Assembly: GCF_036321535.1 (NCBI RefSeq)
Contig: NC_087436.1
Span: 35,652,001 to 35,716,000, forward strand
Origin: Camelus dromedarius
Lineage: Eukaryota
Reading direction: 5' to 3'
DNA length: 64,000 bases
Below the pieces are notes generated by a model. It was not told the origin of the DNA. It ran no database searches and saw nothing but the letters and a program-made list of their open reading frames with translations. The translations under genes were made by a program, and so were the position numbers. Of this stretch, positions 1 to 11,399 are shown piece by piece. Position 1 is the stretch's first letter, and each line of letters begins with the position of its first letter.

Positions 1-200
1 GGCAAGCAGCTTCTTTGAGGTCCCTAAGCCTTGGCTTCCTCATGTATATAACAGAGAAGATAATATCTGTGTTGCATTGTTATTCTGAGAATAAAATTAT
101 ATGCAGCAATGTATATAAATTGTTCACACATGGGACAAAAGGGGGATGCTCTCCTTTGGTGTTTGGTGGTAGCCATAGTAACAGAAGCAGCAAAGCTTAG

Positions 201-364
201 ACCCATGTTCCTCCAACTTTAATGTGTGCTGGAATCTCTTGGGGTCTTGTTAAATGTAGATTCTCATTCAGAATCCAGAGCCGGGCCTGAGAATCTGCTT
301 TTCTAACAAACTCCCAAGTAGCACCAATGTTGTTGGTCCTCAGACCCTGCTAGGAGTAGCAAGA
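201..364. mobile_element. MER5-type hAT-Charlie MITE
   Basis: Contains 'cttgttaaatgtagattctcattcag...gggcctgagaatctgcttttctaacaaactccca', typical of MER5. Confidence 0.75.
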
Positions 365-458
365 ATCTAGACCCTCATCTTCTGTATGGCAAGGAATGAG
401 GAACATCAATCATCTATATAACAATTCACTCTGGAGTTGGTCGTAAGTACTATATAAC

Positions 459-481
459 TACACACACACACTCACACACAC
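459..481. repeat. (CA)n microsatellite, interrupted
   Basis: tacacacacacactcacacacac. Confidence 0.85.
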
Positions 482-639
482 TTTCAGGTGTTTTCAGATG
501 AGCAGAGAAACTTTCCATCACAGATGTAACTGGGCATCGTGGATGTAACTACTTAACCACTTAATTCTTAGACTTCTTCAGGCAGGTAGGCATTCCCTCA
601 GTTCTTCTCACTTCTGATACCAAATTCTGTTCCACTTAA

Positions 640-1500
640 CCATTTCTATATAACAAAGCACCCCAAAGCTTAGCACGCATTATCACATCACATTTCCTCT
701 GGTGGTATTTAACTTCCTGTTTGCTATTTCACTTCTCACCAATTGCCTCCCAAATAAGCTTGTCTCCTGGAGAACAAAGACTGTCTGCATCTTTGGATCC
801 TACCGCTAGACCAAAACAGAACTGCGCCTGTAGAAGTTACTCAATCCATATTTCCAGAATGAAATACAGCCCAGTGGAAGGACTTCAGAACAACCATTTC
901 ATTATTTCTCACGATGTTGTGGGTCTGTAATTTGGGCAGGGCTCAGCTGGGTGATTCTTCTGTTGCATGTGTATCTAGGTAGGTAATCCACTGGTATCCA
1001 ACTAGCAGCAGGACTGGTTTGAAGAGTCCACAACTGCTTCACTTCCATGTCTTCCATCTTGGCAAGGATGGCTGGAAGGCTGAACTCAGCATAAATTGTC
1101 GACCAGAACACTGATGAGAAGCCTCTCCAGGATGAGAGCTACAGAGGGGTCACCTCCAGCCTTGGCAGTTCAGGGTTCCAGAGTAAGTGTTGTAGTGAAC
1201 AAAGCCAAAACCGCCTGGTCTGGCATCACCTAGCCTTGGAAGTCACAAAGCATCACTTCTCTCACACTCTATTTTTCAAAACAGTTTTAAGTCCATCCAG
1301 ATTCAAAGAGAGGGGACAAGACCCTTCCTCTCGATGAATGTGCAGCCATGTCTTAAAACTGCCACAGTCCTCCTCCCTCTGGCCACAAATGCTAACACAC
1401 CTCCCACATTAAAAATACACTCCCTCCCTCCCAAGACCCTCCACGATGGTATCAGACTCTGGCCTCGGCTCAGGATAGAACTCTAGGATCTCATCATCAA
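640..1500 (-). mobile_element. MLT1-type MaLR LTR, interrupted by an L2 fragment
   Basis: 'taacaaagcaccccaaagcttag' at about 650 resumes at about 885 as 'acaaccatttcattatttctcacgatgttgtgggtctgtaatttgggcagggctcagctggg'; later 'agtccatccagattcaaagagagggg'. Confidence 0.7.
680..866 (+). mobile_element. L2 3' end fragment
   Basis: Ends 'gtagaagttactcaatccatatttccagaatgaa', resembling the L2 terminus (gtaggtgctcaataaatatttgttgaatgaa). Confidence 0.55.
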
Positions 1501-2164
1501 AATCAAGTCTTTACCAGGTGTCTCCTAGAGGCAGCTCACTGCTAACCATGGAATCTTGCTTCTGTGAGCTTAGTTGAAAGTCAGGAATTAATCTGTAAAT
1601 TGAGAATTATATTTTGTGTAAAAAGATAGAAGAGAGTAGAAAGCAGCACTGCAAGGAATGCTTTCAATTTACTTCAAATAATATATCAAATATTACAAAC
1701 AATAAACTCAAGGAGCTAAGGTCTCCCCCGAGGCCTGGCCATAAATGAGGCACTTAGGAAAGCACAATGAATCCAGAGCCACTAGGGGACCATTCACGGT
1801 TCCAGTTAAGGCACATTCTCAAGCATCTTTCTGATTCCCAGGAACACTGCTCATCAATTAGCATTTATGCAGTGCTTAACGGTTCTGACCTGTCGTTGGA
1901 AGTGCTACCAGGGTTCAGTCGAGTATGTTTCATCCAAACAGGGCTGCATCCTCTCCTGCAGCTGTGCCAGGGGCACCGGGCGGTGAGTCACAATGCAATT
2001 CTCACACTGCCCTTAGAAGTTCAGGTGGGAAACAAAGCATTCGGGTTGGGGAGGGGGGTGGTGAACATTACTTTGATGGAAATAGTGAACAGCCCACATT
2101 CACAAACAGATTCATTAAACTGCAGATGAATGGGTCATTGAGTTCTGCTGAAGCAGGATTCAAA

Positions 2165-2360
2165 AATGGTAGGAAATGGACCTGGGCCCTAGAAACAAGG
2201 ATTCGGGGTTTGGTTTCTGCCACCTTTATACTTTGACCAAGGTATTTACCCTCTTTATGCCTCACTTCTACCCAGTGAAGACGCTACAGGCTACCTGACC
2301 AAACTGCCCCAAAGATAAAATGAGGCCAAAAAGGGAATAAATGTTAAAAAATTGTGACAT
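2165..2360 (+). mobile_element. MIR SINE (degenerate)
   Basis: 'tttctgccacctttatactttgaccaaggtatttaccctctttatgcctcacttc' resembles the MIR core. Confidence 0.5.
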
Positions 2361-3679
2361 GCCGAAAGAAAGTGTCATTAGGTTTGCACTGACTTCAGGA
2401 ATCACCTTTCAGTTCAACCTCCACCCAGGGATGTAAATTTGTGGTCCAACCTCTCCCCACAGCCACCTAACACGCATGAATATTTTCTGAACACATTTAT
2501 CCTTCATTTAACCTTGGACTTGATGTCAGGCTGAGGTTATTTCTATGAACAGGCATACAGTTCCATTTAGTGACGGACGCCACACTGCATTACAAGCGCA
2601 TTCAACGTAATGTGGCAGAATGAAGGCAATCGGTCTCGGTGTGCTTCCTGTCTTCACTTCCACCCCATTCAACCCTCGTCACCTCTCCTCTTGATCACTG
2701 GCCTCCTGAGGAGTTCTCCAGCATGTGTTTCATCAGATTAAAATGAATCCATACTGCCAAAAATTAAGTAAATTAAGTACCAGTTCCTTGTTCTGGCATG
2801 CAAAGCTTTCCAAATATGTCCCCCCAAATCCCTTTCCAGCATTCTTTCTCAGAAAACCCCTAGACATCACCTATACTCCAATTAAGCTAATCACCATGCT
2901 GCTCCTAGGACGTGCTCTGAGTCATTTCCCTGTCTGAGCTACCTCTGCACGGGTCTCCTGTTAAAATCTGACCAATGCTTTCGGGCAACTTTCAAACTCG
3001 GAAAAAAATAAAATGAAGCCATGTCAAGAAGGATAAAAGTTGTCCAGAAAATCACAGGAACTAATTTGGTGTGCCAGGCAAGACCACAATTCAGAGGTAG
3101 CTATAGAACTGGGAAGATAATGTCAGTCTTTTACAGCCGAAGTTTGCATCGTTCCTGGCATAAGAATTTTGGAAAAGCTCCTCACCCCTGGGACTTTACT
3201 GAACAAGTAGACGGTACCCAAAAATCTGTCAACTCTGACAATAACTGGCTGTCTTTTATGTACAGTTCTCATCACATAAGCCCAACCTAAATGGTGCCAA
3301 AACAATCCATCATTTTGTTTTATTTGGTATTTTAATGCAAAACAGGTCTCCCAAAAATCGATCCAAAAGTTGTATTTTCCAGACCTTTGACAAAGAAACT
3401 TCTTAGTTGTTTTGTTTTGTTGTTATTTCTTCTGAAACCTTGGTAAAGCAATTGCAAGCACATATTATCTTGTATGTTTTATCTTCACAGAGGCTTTAAA
3501 AAAGTTTTTTTTTAAACTTCTTAGCTGTATAAAGCTTGAGCAAAGAATCCATAGGCAAGTAAAAGTAAACTTAGATCAGATTTTAAACCACCTATGACTC
3601 ATCTAAGAGGAGTTGCTATATACTGCTCAAAACAGATTTATTTCAAAAAGATTTCATTGGCTCCAACCATTTAAAAATA

Positions 3680-3790
3680 AGTGATTGGAGAAAAAGTTTG
3701 CCAATCACACATCTGATAAAGGGAGAGTATACAGAACATATAAAGGACTCTTAAAACTCACTCAAAAATGTAAAAAAAACACATAAATAA
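3680..3790 (+). mobile_element. L1 ORF2 fragment
   Basis: 'gattggagaaaaagtttgccaatcacacatctgataaaggg...agaacatataaaggactcttaaaactca'. Confidence 0.75.
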
Positions 3791-3839
3791 ATACTAAAAG
3801 GATGCTAGCCCTGAGGGGTGAAGTCAATGCCTAACGTAC

Positions 3840-3903
3840 CACGAGCTCATAAAAGTAACTCTCAAACAAAGGCTACAGGAGAAAGAGCCATGCTCTGAGC
3901 TAA
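3840..3903 (-). other. Candidate small 5' UTR exon (alternative acceptors give first bases 3903, 3899 or 3872)
   Basis: Minus-strand donor GTG|GTACGT after 3840. Acceptors GGGTCAG| (3903), CAGTTAG| (3899) and the pyrimidine-rich TCTTTCTCCTGTAG| (3872). Confidence 0.4.
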
Positions 3904-4324
3904 CTGACCCAAGTCCACACAAGATGGTTGGAATTAGTGAGCCACTGCTGGGCCACTCAGCCGCTGAGGAGGCAGAGGGAGTCCTCGCAAGGACGACTAT
4001 AATTTTTAAGTCCATAAAACTTGCCAACAGTGACAATATAACCACCACAGCCCTTCTCAGAAAAATAAATGAGCTTTTTTTCCTCTCATGGTAGCTATTA
4101 CATACGAAATGTTAACAGGCACTGATTCACAAGCTGACTTCCCCAATGCAACCCATCCTCCAATGGGAATTGGCGCAAGTTTGTCACCAACAAAGGGATC
4201 TCGCTCTACATCATCAAGGAAATGCTTCCCTAAAATGAAATCAATTACGAGTGCGTCTTGAGCGCCTGTTACACACAACGCCTTACAGAGAAGATGAAGG
4301 CAAGACCAGGCAAAGAAGTCAATC

Positions 4325-4500
4325 GTTGTTCAGCACCTGGTACCAGGAATCCAGCCCACAGTGCTTTCATACCTACATCACTCAACCGCCATGAAACCCT
4401 TGAGTTAGGTATTATTATTCATATTTTCACAGATTAAGAAATTGAGGGTCAGAGTAATTAAGCAACTCTCCCACCAGTAGGCAGAGCGCCAGTCTCAATT
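4325..4500 (-). mobile_element. MIR SINE
   Basis: 'gttaggtattattattcatattttcacagattaagaaattgagggtcagag' is the reverse MIR core. Confidence 0.75.
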
Positions 4501-4690
4501 TTCTTGCTCTCTTCTTTCCTGACTGCTTCAGGAAGTTTTGTTTCAGATAAACTATAAAGCAGAAAAATCCAGCCTTCCTTCAGAGAATTCCAAAACCATA
4601 GAAATAATATAGGACCTTTCAACTCGTGAAAGCAATTCAAAAAAAAAAAAAAACTTCCCGAAGTGTAAACAGTTTAAGACGCTGTAATAC

Positions 4691-5193
4691 CCTGGCTCTT
4701 CCACCTCAGCAAAGGAGTCTGTTCCATCTCTGCGGAAGAAAATCTCCGTCAAGACATCACAGGTGATTTAGCGTCCAGACTAGTTGAGTCCTGTATGATC
4801 TCCCCCAGATTGTATTTATGGACTTCTATAAAGGGAAAGCATCAAAGACGCTTCACCCAGGTCCCCAGATTGGGCTGGCACCAGGGCCAACGAAAGCAAA
4901 CGCCCATCCCTTGATTCACAACCGGGCTGCTCCCCAATCCCCTTTCTGCTGCCCTCCGCCACCCTCAACCCCCACCCCCAACCCCCACCCCCAACGCACC
5001 CCACCCCCGCCTCGCCGGGAAGGGTAAATGGAAGGATTTGGTTTTATCCCTCAGTGCAAAAACACAGTATGAAAATAAAGTACACAGGGTCATATGCTTT
5101 TCTGGCGGGGGTGGCGGGGGTAAATGTTTGCACGACACATGCTCACGGCAGAGCCTGCTCTTCCTCGCACCTCCCCACCCCCCACACTTCACG
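4691..5193 (-). other. Candidate 503-nt 5' UTR exon overlapping an internal promoter
   Basis: Acceptor CTGTTGGCTGCCAG|CGTG (first base 5193) and donor CAGG|GTATTA (last base 4691). An internal strong acceptor TTTTCTTCCGCAG|AGA lies at 4729. The sequence is repeat-free and GC/CpG-rich. Confidence 0.45.
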
Positions 5194-5360
5194 CTGGCAG
5201 CCAACAGTCCTGATTAAGAAGGTCGCCTAGGCCTTCTCTTGAAATAGCACTGAAATAATTCATTTTGACAAGGAAGCGTATGTGGGGATGCAGGCGAACG
5301 CGGACGTAAGAACGCGGGTGCCCGATCCTTCTTTCTCAAGGCCACGCCTACTCCACCGAA
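4900..5360. promoter_or_regulatory. GC-rich, CpG-retaining internal promoter-like region
   Basis: Clustered CpGs, CACCC boxes, tandem GGCGGGGGT (Sp/Egr-like) and a forkhead-like 'taaatgtttgc'. Confidence 0.55.
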
Positions 5361-5879
5361 GATTATGAAGTTTCAGTTACTGTGGATGGAAGAGGCAGCA
5401 GCCAAGCGAGTAAGAGGTCTGGCTTTCCCCGAAGGAAGAAATGAACATCAGTGACCACTAACATCACAACAGAGAGACAATACTTACTAAGCACATCTTC
5501 TGAATTATTCTTGTTAAAATCATCATCATCATCTAAGCTGACTGCAGTCAATCTCTGAATCAAACTACCAGTTCACAGAAAATGGAAAGGGACAGAGGAA
5601 CAACAAGTAGGGAGCCTAGGTCCGGATGCAGGCAAGTGGGTAGATTTGGTGGTGGCAGCCCGTGGCAGTGCTTTTTAACCACCAGACAAACTAAATGCCC
5701 TGCGCTTGGCTCCACCTTCAAGGTCCCTGCCACGGGGGCACTCCCTCACTGCCTCTACAGGCATCCTACACTCGGACAGATTTTAAATCATCCCTTTCTT
5801 TCTTTACTGAGCAAACGCCTACCTCTTTTTGTGCTGAGAATGCTACAGTCAAGGTGGTTAGACTGGTAAGTACACGGCC

Positions 5880-6394
5880 GGACTTCCCTTCCCTCTAGCG
5901 CTCTGGGGCGGAGTAGCCAAAAGAGCACCTCGGACGCGATGTGAGAGGCACAAGGGAAGTCCACAGTCGGGTGCGGTGACAGACAGAAGGAGGCCGAGGA
6001 GCCTCGCCGTCCCAGCTGTCCTCACGCCCCTCTACTCCACGTTCGGCTCTTCTTCTCGATCGTGAGCCCCGCTGACCCACAGCGTCGCACCACCACTTCC
6101 TTGGTGGCAGGCCATAGGCAGCAGCTTCCCAAAGACACTCCACCAGCTCTCCGACACAGTCCCATGTCAGCTGCATCGCTTGTCTCCTCAGATCTCCCTG
6201 CAAGCTCTGACTTGCTCACCTAGGCCAGTGCTTCCCTCATTTCTTAAGGGAATGACTCCTTCATCGTCCAACTCTTCTTTCTGGACCTACCCTTCCCCTG
6301 ATCCCCCCACAATTGTGTAAGCTTTAATTCCTATAATAAATACCTCAGCCCACACTCAGAGGGCACTCCTGCCCCACAGAACCCTGGATGACAC
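5880..6394 (+). mobile_element. ERVL-class solo LTR (LTR16/LTR33/LTR41-like)
   Basis: 3' end 'cccacaattgtgtaagctttaattcctataataaat...agaaccctggatgacaca' matches ERVL LTR ends; AATAAA at 6335-6340. The 5' boundary is uncertain. Confidence 0.6.
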
Positions 6395-6652
6395 ACCTCT
6401 GTCATCTACTGGACCTGGTTCTGCTTCCCAGCACCTCCCAATATCGACAGTACTCAGCCTTCTACAGAGAGCCTGTCAAGGCTGCAGGATCACCACGATT
6501 TCTCATTGTCAAAGGCAATCACACCCAACACATCAGTGCTTCTGCTGGGACGTGCTTTTAACCCTTCTGACACGGGTCACTGTCTCTCCTAAGACCTCCC
6601 CCAGGGCATTTAATCAGTTTCTTTTGTTCAACTGGAGCTCATTTATCCCAGA

Positions 6653-7129
6653 TTTTTTTTTAATTGAAATATAGTTGATTTACAATGTTGTGTTAGTTTC
6701 CATTGTGCAGCATAGTGATTCGGTCACACACATATTTTTTTTTCACATTTTCATTATAGATTATTACCAAATATTGAATACAGTTCCCTGTGCTATACAG
6801 TAGGACCTTGCTGTTCATCTATTTTATATATAGTAGTGTGTATCTGCTAATCTCAACTCCTAATGTGTCCCTCCCCTCCCTTTCTCCTTCGGTAGCCATA
6901 AGTTTGTTTTCTATGTCTGTGAGTCTGTTTCTGTTTTGTAAGTAAGTTCCTTTGTATCATTTTTTAGATTCCACATATAAGTGATATCATATGATATTTG
7001 TCTTTAGCTGTCTGACTTATTTCACTTAGTATGATAATACCCAGGTTCATCCATGTTGCTGCAAATGGCATTAATTCATTCTTTTTATGGTTGAGTAGTA
7101 TTCCATTGTCTATAAATACCTCAACTTCT
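6653..7129 (-). mobile_element. L1 3' end (artiodactyl type), non-inverted segment of a 5'-inverted insertion
   Basis: Poly-T, then 'aattgaaatatagttgatttacaatgttgtg...gttccctgtgctatacagtagg'. The ORF 6964..7218 reads 'KNELMPFAATWMNLGIIILSEISQT', typical of the L1 ORF2-end region. Confidence 0.92.
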
Positions 7130-7292
7130 AAAAATAAACTCACCATACGATCCAGCAATCCTACTGCTGGGCATAGATCCAGAGAAAACTCCAATTTGAA
7201 AAGATTCATGCACCCCAATGTTCATAGCAGCACTATTTAAAATAGCCCAGTCATGGAAGCAATCTAAATGGCCATCAACAGATGACTGGATA
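7128..7292 (+). mobile_element. L1 ORF2 C-terminal segment, inverted part of the same insertion
   Basis: 'ccatacgatccagcaatcctactgctgggcat...atgttcatagcagcactattt' translates as MFIAALFKIAQSWKQSKWPSTDDWI. Confidence 0.9.
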
Positions 7293-8189
7293 TCCCAGCT
7301 TTTTAGATCATTTTTCCAAGTGCTTTCTTCCACACATTCAGTGTTTCTTCTAATAGTCACATTTGACCAGTATGTTTTCACATCGTCATCTAACCTATCA
7401 ATCCATTGGGAAGGGCCAGGGACAAACGGCTGCTGTGACAGACTCTTCCTAAGGAGTCTCTTTTGGACGTGACTGTCATGCCCAGATTTCCATGTGACCC
7501 CAGGTAAATCAATATGTAACCTATGAGACTTCGTCAAATTAGGTATTATAAAGGTTAAATAAATAGAGATATACAACAAGTGGCTCTAAATCCAGGAAAA
7601 TACTGCATCATTGAAAATAGGAAGAGATAGCAGAGCAGACATTTTCACACCGTATGCAAGACATCCAAGATGATACATTTAATTTCAGATGCCTTAGGTT
7701 GGAGGTCCATGGAGAAGTACCTAAGCTGAAATGGTCACTTGCAAAGAAGTGATATTTGTATACACAAGGGTAGATTCGTTCTTTAAAAGATAACAAGACA
7801 GAAAACTAGAGGAGGCCAAAAGCAGTACATTAGTAATGTCTGTGTCACATGAGCATCTGAACTCCTGGCAGTTAGCAGCTGCTCCCAGCACATTACCGTT
7901 GACATGTGTAAATATGTAAATACATGTACAGCTAAGGGAGGGAAACTACACCAATGTGGATCTCCAGGACTAGGAACCACACGGACGGTTAAGAAACAAC
8001 CACGTGGTCCTGATTCTCCTACTATTAACACAGGAGATTCTCTTACCTTATACACACAGGATGACCAGGAGAGTGACCCAAATTGTAGCACACATTTTAT
8101 CTAATTTTGCCCCTTTGCTGGAATGGGATTCCCCCCCTCATTTAAATGTCTTTCAACTTTGACCCACATATGGACAGACCTTTAAAAGT

Positions 8190-9750
8190 GAGACTGGAAA
8201 CAACTCAAATGTCTGTCACTCGGGGACTGGTTGAATAAACTCTGCTGTTCTCAATGGGGTAAGAAATGTCTGCATATGCTGCTAATGACTGTTGAGACAA
8301 ATGGTATAAAAATGTGAAAAAACAAGGTAGAGGAAAATGTGTATATCAAGCTAACATTCATCAAACAAAGTGGAGATGGGGAAGATACCAGTATCTGTAC
8401 ATACTTGCTCCTATAAAAAAAAATGTTATGATAAACTACTTATGGAGGAGGGAGCACACAAAAATGGAAGCCAGGCTTCTCTGAATACATCTTATTTTAT
8501 ATGACTTTAAAACAAAGTTAAATGAAATTTAACAGAATTATACAACTTTAAAGTAAAATGAAACAAATAAATTTAACCACCAGGCAAGTTTTTAGACTGT
8601 CTAGAGAAGAATTCATTTCAAGTGACCTTAAAAGACAATAATTTGACTGTACATTCCTAGCGGGATATACTCTAAAGATGAAAAGAACTGTAAAATAAAT
8701 TCAAATTGGTTTTGATAATCATATTTTAATAATAATAGTTTATATGGTTCTTCTGAAATATTAATTAGTCATATATAAACTTATAAAGAAAACAAATCAT
8801 TAATTATCAGTAAGAATTCATCATTTAGCTTCTCTTTAAAAAGAAAAAAGAGGAGGAAAGGTGGGAGGGGGAAAGAGGGAGGAAGGAAGGAACAATGGAA
8901 GGAAAGAAGGGAAAACAGTGACCAATCTAGTAGCAATAAGCAGCTCTTATATCCAGGCTGTGGTCTCTAAATTCTGTTTCCCATAAAGGAATGCCAGCTA
9001 CTCGGACAAATGCCAAATTCCAGGTTGAGGGCGAGAAATATTCAAGATAAGCCTAGAACATCTTGTCATACCAGAAAATAAGGGAGTTGCTGAAGGTGAC
9101 TGAAGGACGCCTAAGCCTAACTTGAAGAGGCTCCCATTAACCCAAATGGGACCATTTGAGCATTGATTAGAAAATTGCATCAACTAAGTATCAAATAGAC
9201 TTAAACATCCATTAAGTTCATTATGATACTTTAAACAAATTAAGTGATCAACTTTGGCTGATGTTGGAAACCAACTCACTGAAACTAGTAAAAAACAGAG
9301 AGAGAGGGGTGTTTGTGACTCTAGCATCTATCTGGCCTTCCCTGTGTGAACTTTACATCAGGATAATCAAATTGTTGGTATAGGGAAAGTATTATAGCAA
9401 ATAAATGAAGAAATGATAGGTTATCACAGATCCAGACAATGCTTTTCAAAGCTGCTGATGTCACAAAAATAGAGACAATAGGTACTATGGGTATCTTATG
9501 AAAAAGAGTGTGTTTTTTTAGAGCCACTGTATTTTTAGCAGTACTTACTGAAATGTTTGTGAATAATATGATCAGATGTCTGTGTGTTTTTGAAAATAAT
9601 CCAGGAAGGGGGATGGGAGAGCACTAAGGAGGTAGACACAGACAGAACAAAATTGACCATGAGTTCATGGTTGTTGCAGCTGAGAGATGGTAAATGAAGT
9701 TCACTGCACTATTCTATTTGTGTGCCCGTCTGAAATTTTCCATAATTGAT
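8190..9750 (+). mobile_element. Old L1M (L1MC/ME-like) 3' region, fragmented
   Basis: 'gactggaaacaactcaaatgtctgtcactcggggactggttgaataaac' and terminal 'ttgttgcagctgagagatgg...gtctgaaattttccataat'. Confidence 0.7.
8838..8915. repeat. Purine-rich low-complexity tract
   Basis: aaaagaaaaaagaggaggaaaggtgggagggggaaagagggaggaaggaagg. Confidence 0.75.
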
Positions 9751-9764
9751 TTATTTAAATTGAT

Positions 9765-9990
9765 GAGGCTTTGAAGCTGAACTGCCTGGGTTTGAATCCC
9801 AATTCAGCTACTTATCAGAGATGTAATCTTGGGCAAATTACAGAAAGTTGTATAACCTCTCTGTAACTCACCTTCCCCCTCTGTAACATAGGAGTGATAC
9901 AAATGGCTTGTTATGAGGATCAAATGTCAAAGACAAGCCCTGAGAACAATTCCTGACATACAGTTAACACTTAAATGTTAGCTATTACCT
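9765..9990 (+). mobile_element. MIR SINE
   Basis: 'ctgcctgggtttgaatcccaattcagctacttatc...cttgggcaaattac...cacttaaatgttagctatta'. Confidence 0.85.
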
Positions 9991-10954
9991 TTAGGGGTCA
10001 CAAAATCAGATGAAGCCTTGGCTTAGAGTTTCTGGGCTGTTAAACCATTAAGACTGACTCATGAGAACTGTTATTCCTTCTTCTTACTGAGGGGCATAAC
10101 ATACATCCAACAATCTTCTTCCCCCTACACACCAATTAAACATACTACAGAGATTAACCAGTCTTTCAGTTTTCACCATTTTGGCACTCTACCTGCTGCT
10201 CCCAAAGAAGCAGAGGCTTCAGGTCAATGCCCCGTGCTTCTCTCCACTCCTGGGGGCTGCCTCTCCCAGCACCGCTCCAGGGCCGGCCCACCGTCCCCCA
10301 CAGAGCCCCCTAGTGGTGGTGCAGTTCAGCAGGACACCAGCTGACTGGAGGCCAAAGTTCTGGCACCCCATCTTGTCTGTCCCTGAATAGCTGTGTAACC
10401 TTGTATAGTGGTTTGATATTCCCAGAACTTGGGTTACAAGATGTTGCCAACATTTGTGGAACTCTTGTCTTGAAACTCCCTTTGGAGACTATTAGAAAAT
10501 TCTTCTGAGCACCCTTCACTGACAGCAAATCTTCGGTCTCTGAGGGTATAAAATCATAATCATACACAGACAAGATGATTTGAATGAGGCCAATAATAAA
10601 GCTGTCTTGGGTTTTAAACCAGATGTAACTATTAATAGGGGAGATCAAATCTCTTTTAGGAAGCATATACTGACTGTCCCACAGTGACTGAATTCTCAGA
10701 TTAAACATAAATAGTTTCTTCAGAAAATGTCTGCCTTAGAAACTTTCCTTGGAGTATGTTCAGTAATTTTTCTTTAAACTAACTTTATTTTAAATCTCAC
10801 CTTAAGCAGAATCATAGCCATATCATCTACAGAGTACCTGAGTGTGTGGGTTCTGTCGTTTGTACAGATGTAGCCACATAGGTAAATTTACAAGTCAGAA
10901 ATCATAAAATTATTCATAGTTCAATTAAACAGCTTGAAGAAACTCAGTACAAGT

Positions 10955-11112
10955 AGAAGCTTGATTAACTGTGTTTCATCCTGTCAAATGGGGTTAAAAG
11001 TAACGTGTCCACCTCATAGAATTGTTTTAAGGACTCAATAAGTAAAGACACATAAAGTATTCAGACAAACTAGCTCGAAATAAAAGCCATTTAAGTGCGA
11101 GCCACTATTATC
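10955..11112 (+). mobile_element. MIR fragment
   Basis: 'gtttcatcctgtcaaatgggg...acctcatagaattgttttaaggac'. Confidence 0.65.
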
Positions 11113-11399
11113 CTTTGTAATATTTCACTGTTTCCAGTTCTCAAAAGTGAACCGTCTCTCATTCAGCTTCATTTTTTATTCATCCTGTTTACAGCAAATG
11201 TAGACTCATACCACTGAGTGCATACACATTTCTGAGGATTTGAAAGGCTCTTAATGTTTTTTTTTCCTACATTTAGGCAGGCGTTCTTATCTAGATAGAT
11301 AAGCTTAGATGCAAATACATTGTCTTCTACACAAGGGCTCCAACACATACACTAATGATGGGATGACCGCATAGTTTTGGTTTTCAGAAAATAACATAC

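Noticed and set aside
6964..7579. ORFs with realistic-looking protein sequence
   Set aside because: They are L1-derived fragments from the inverted insertion, not a host gene.
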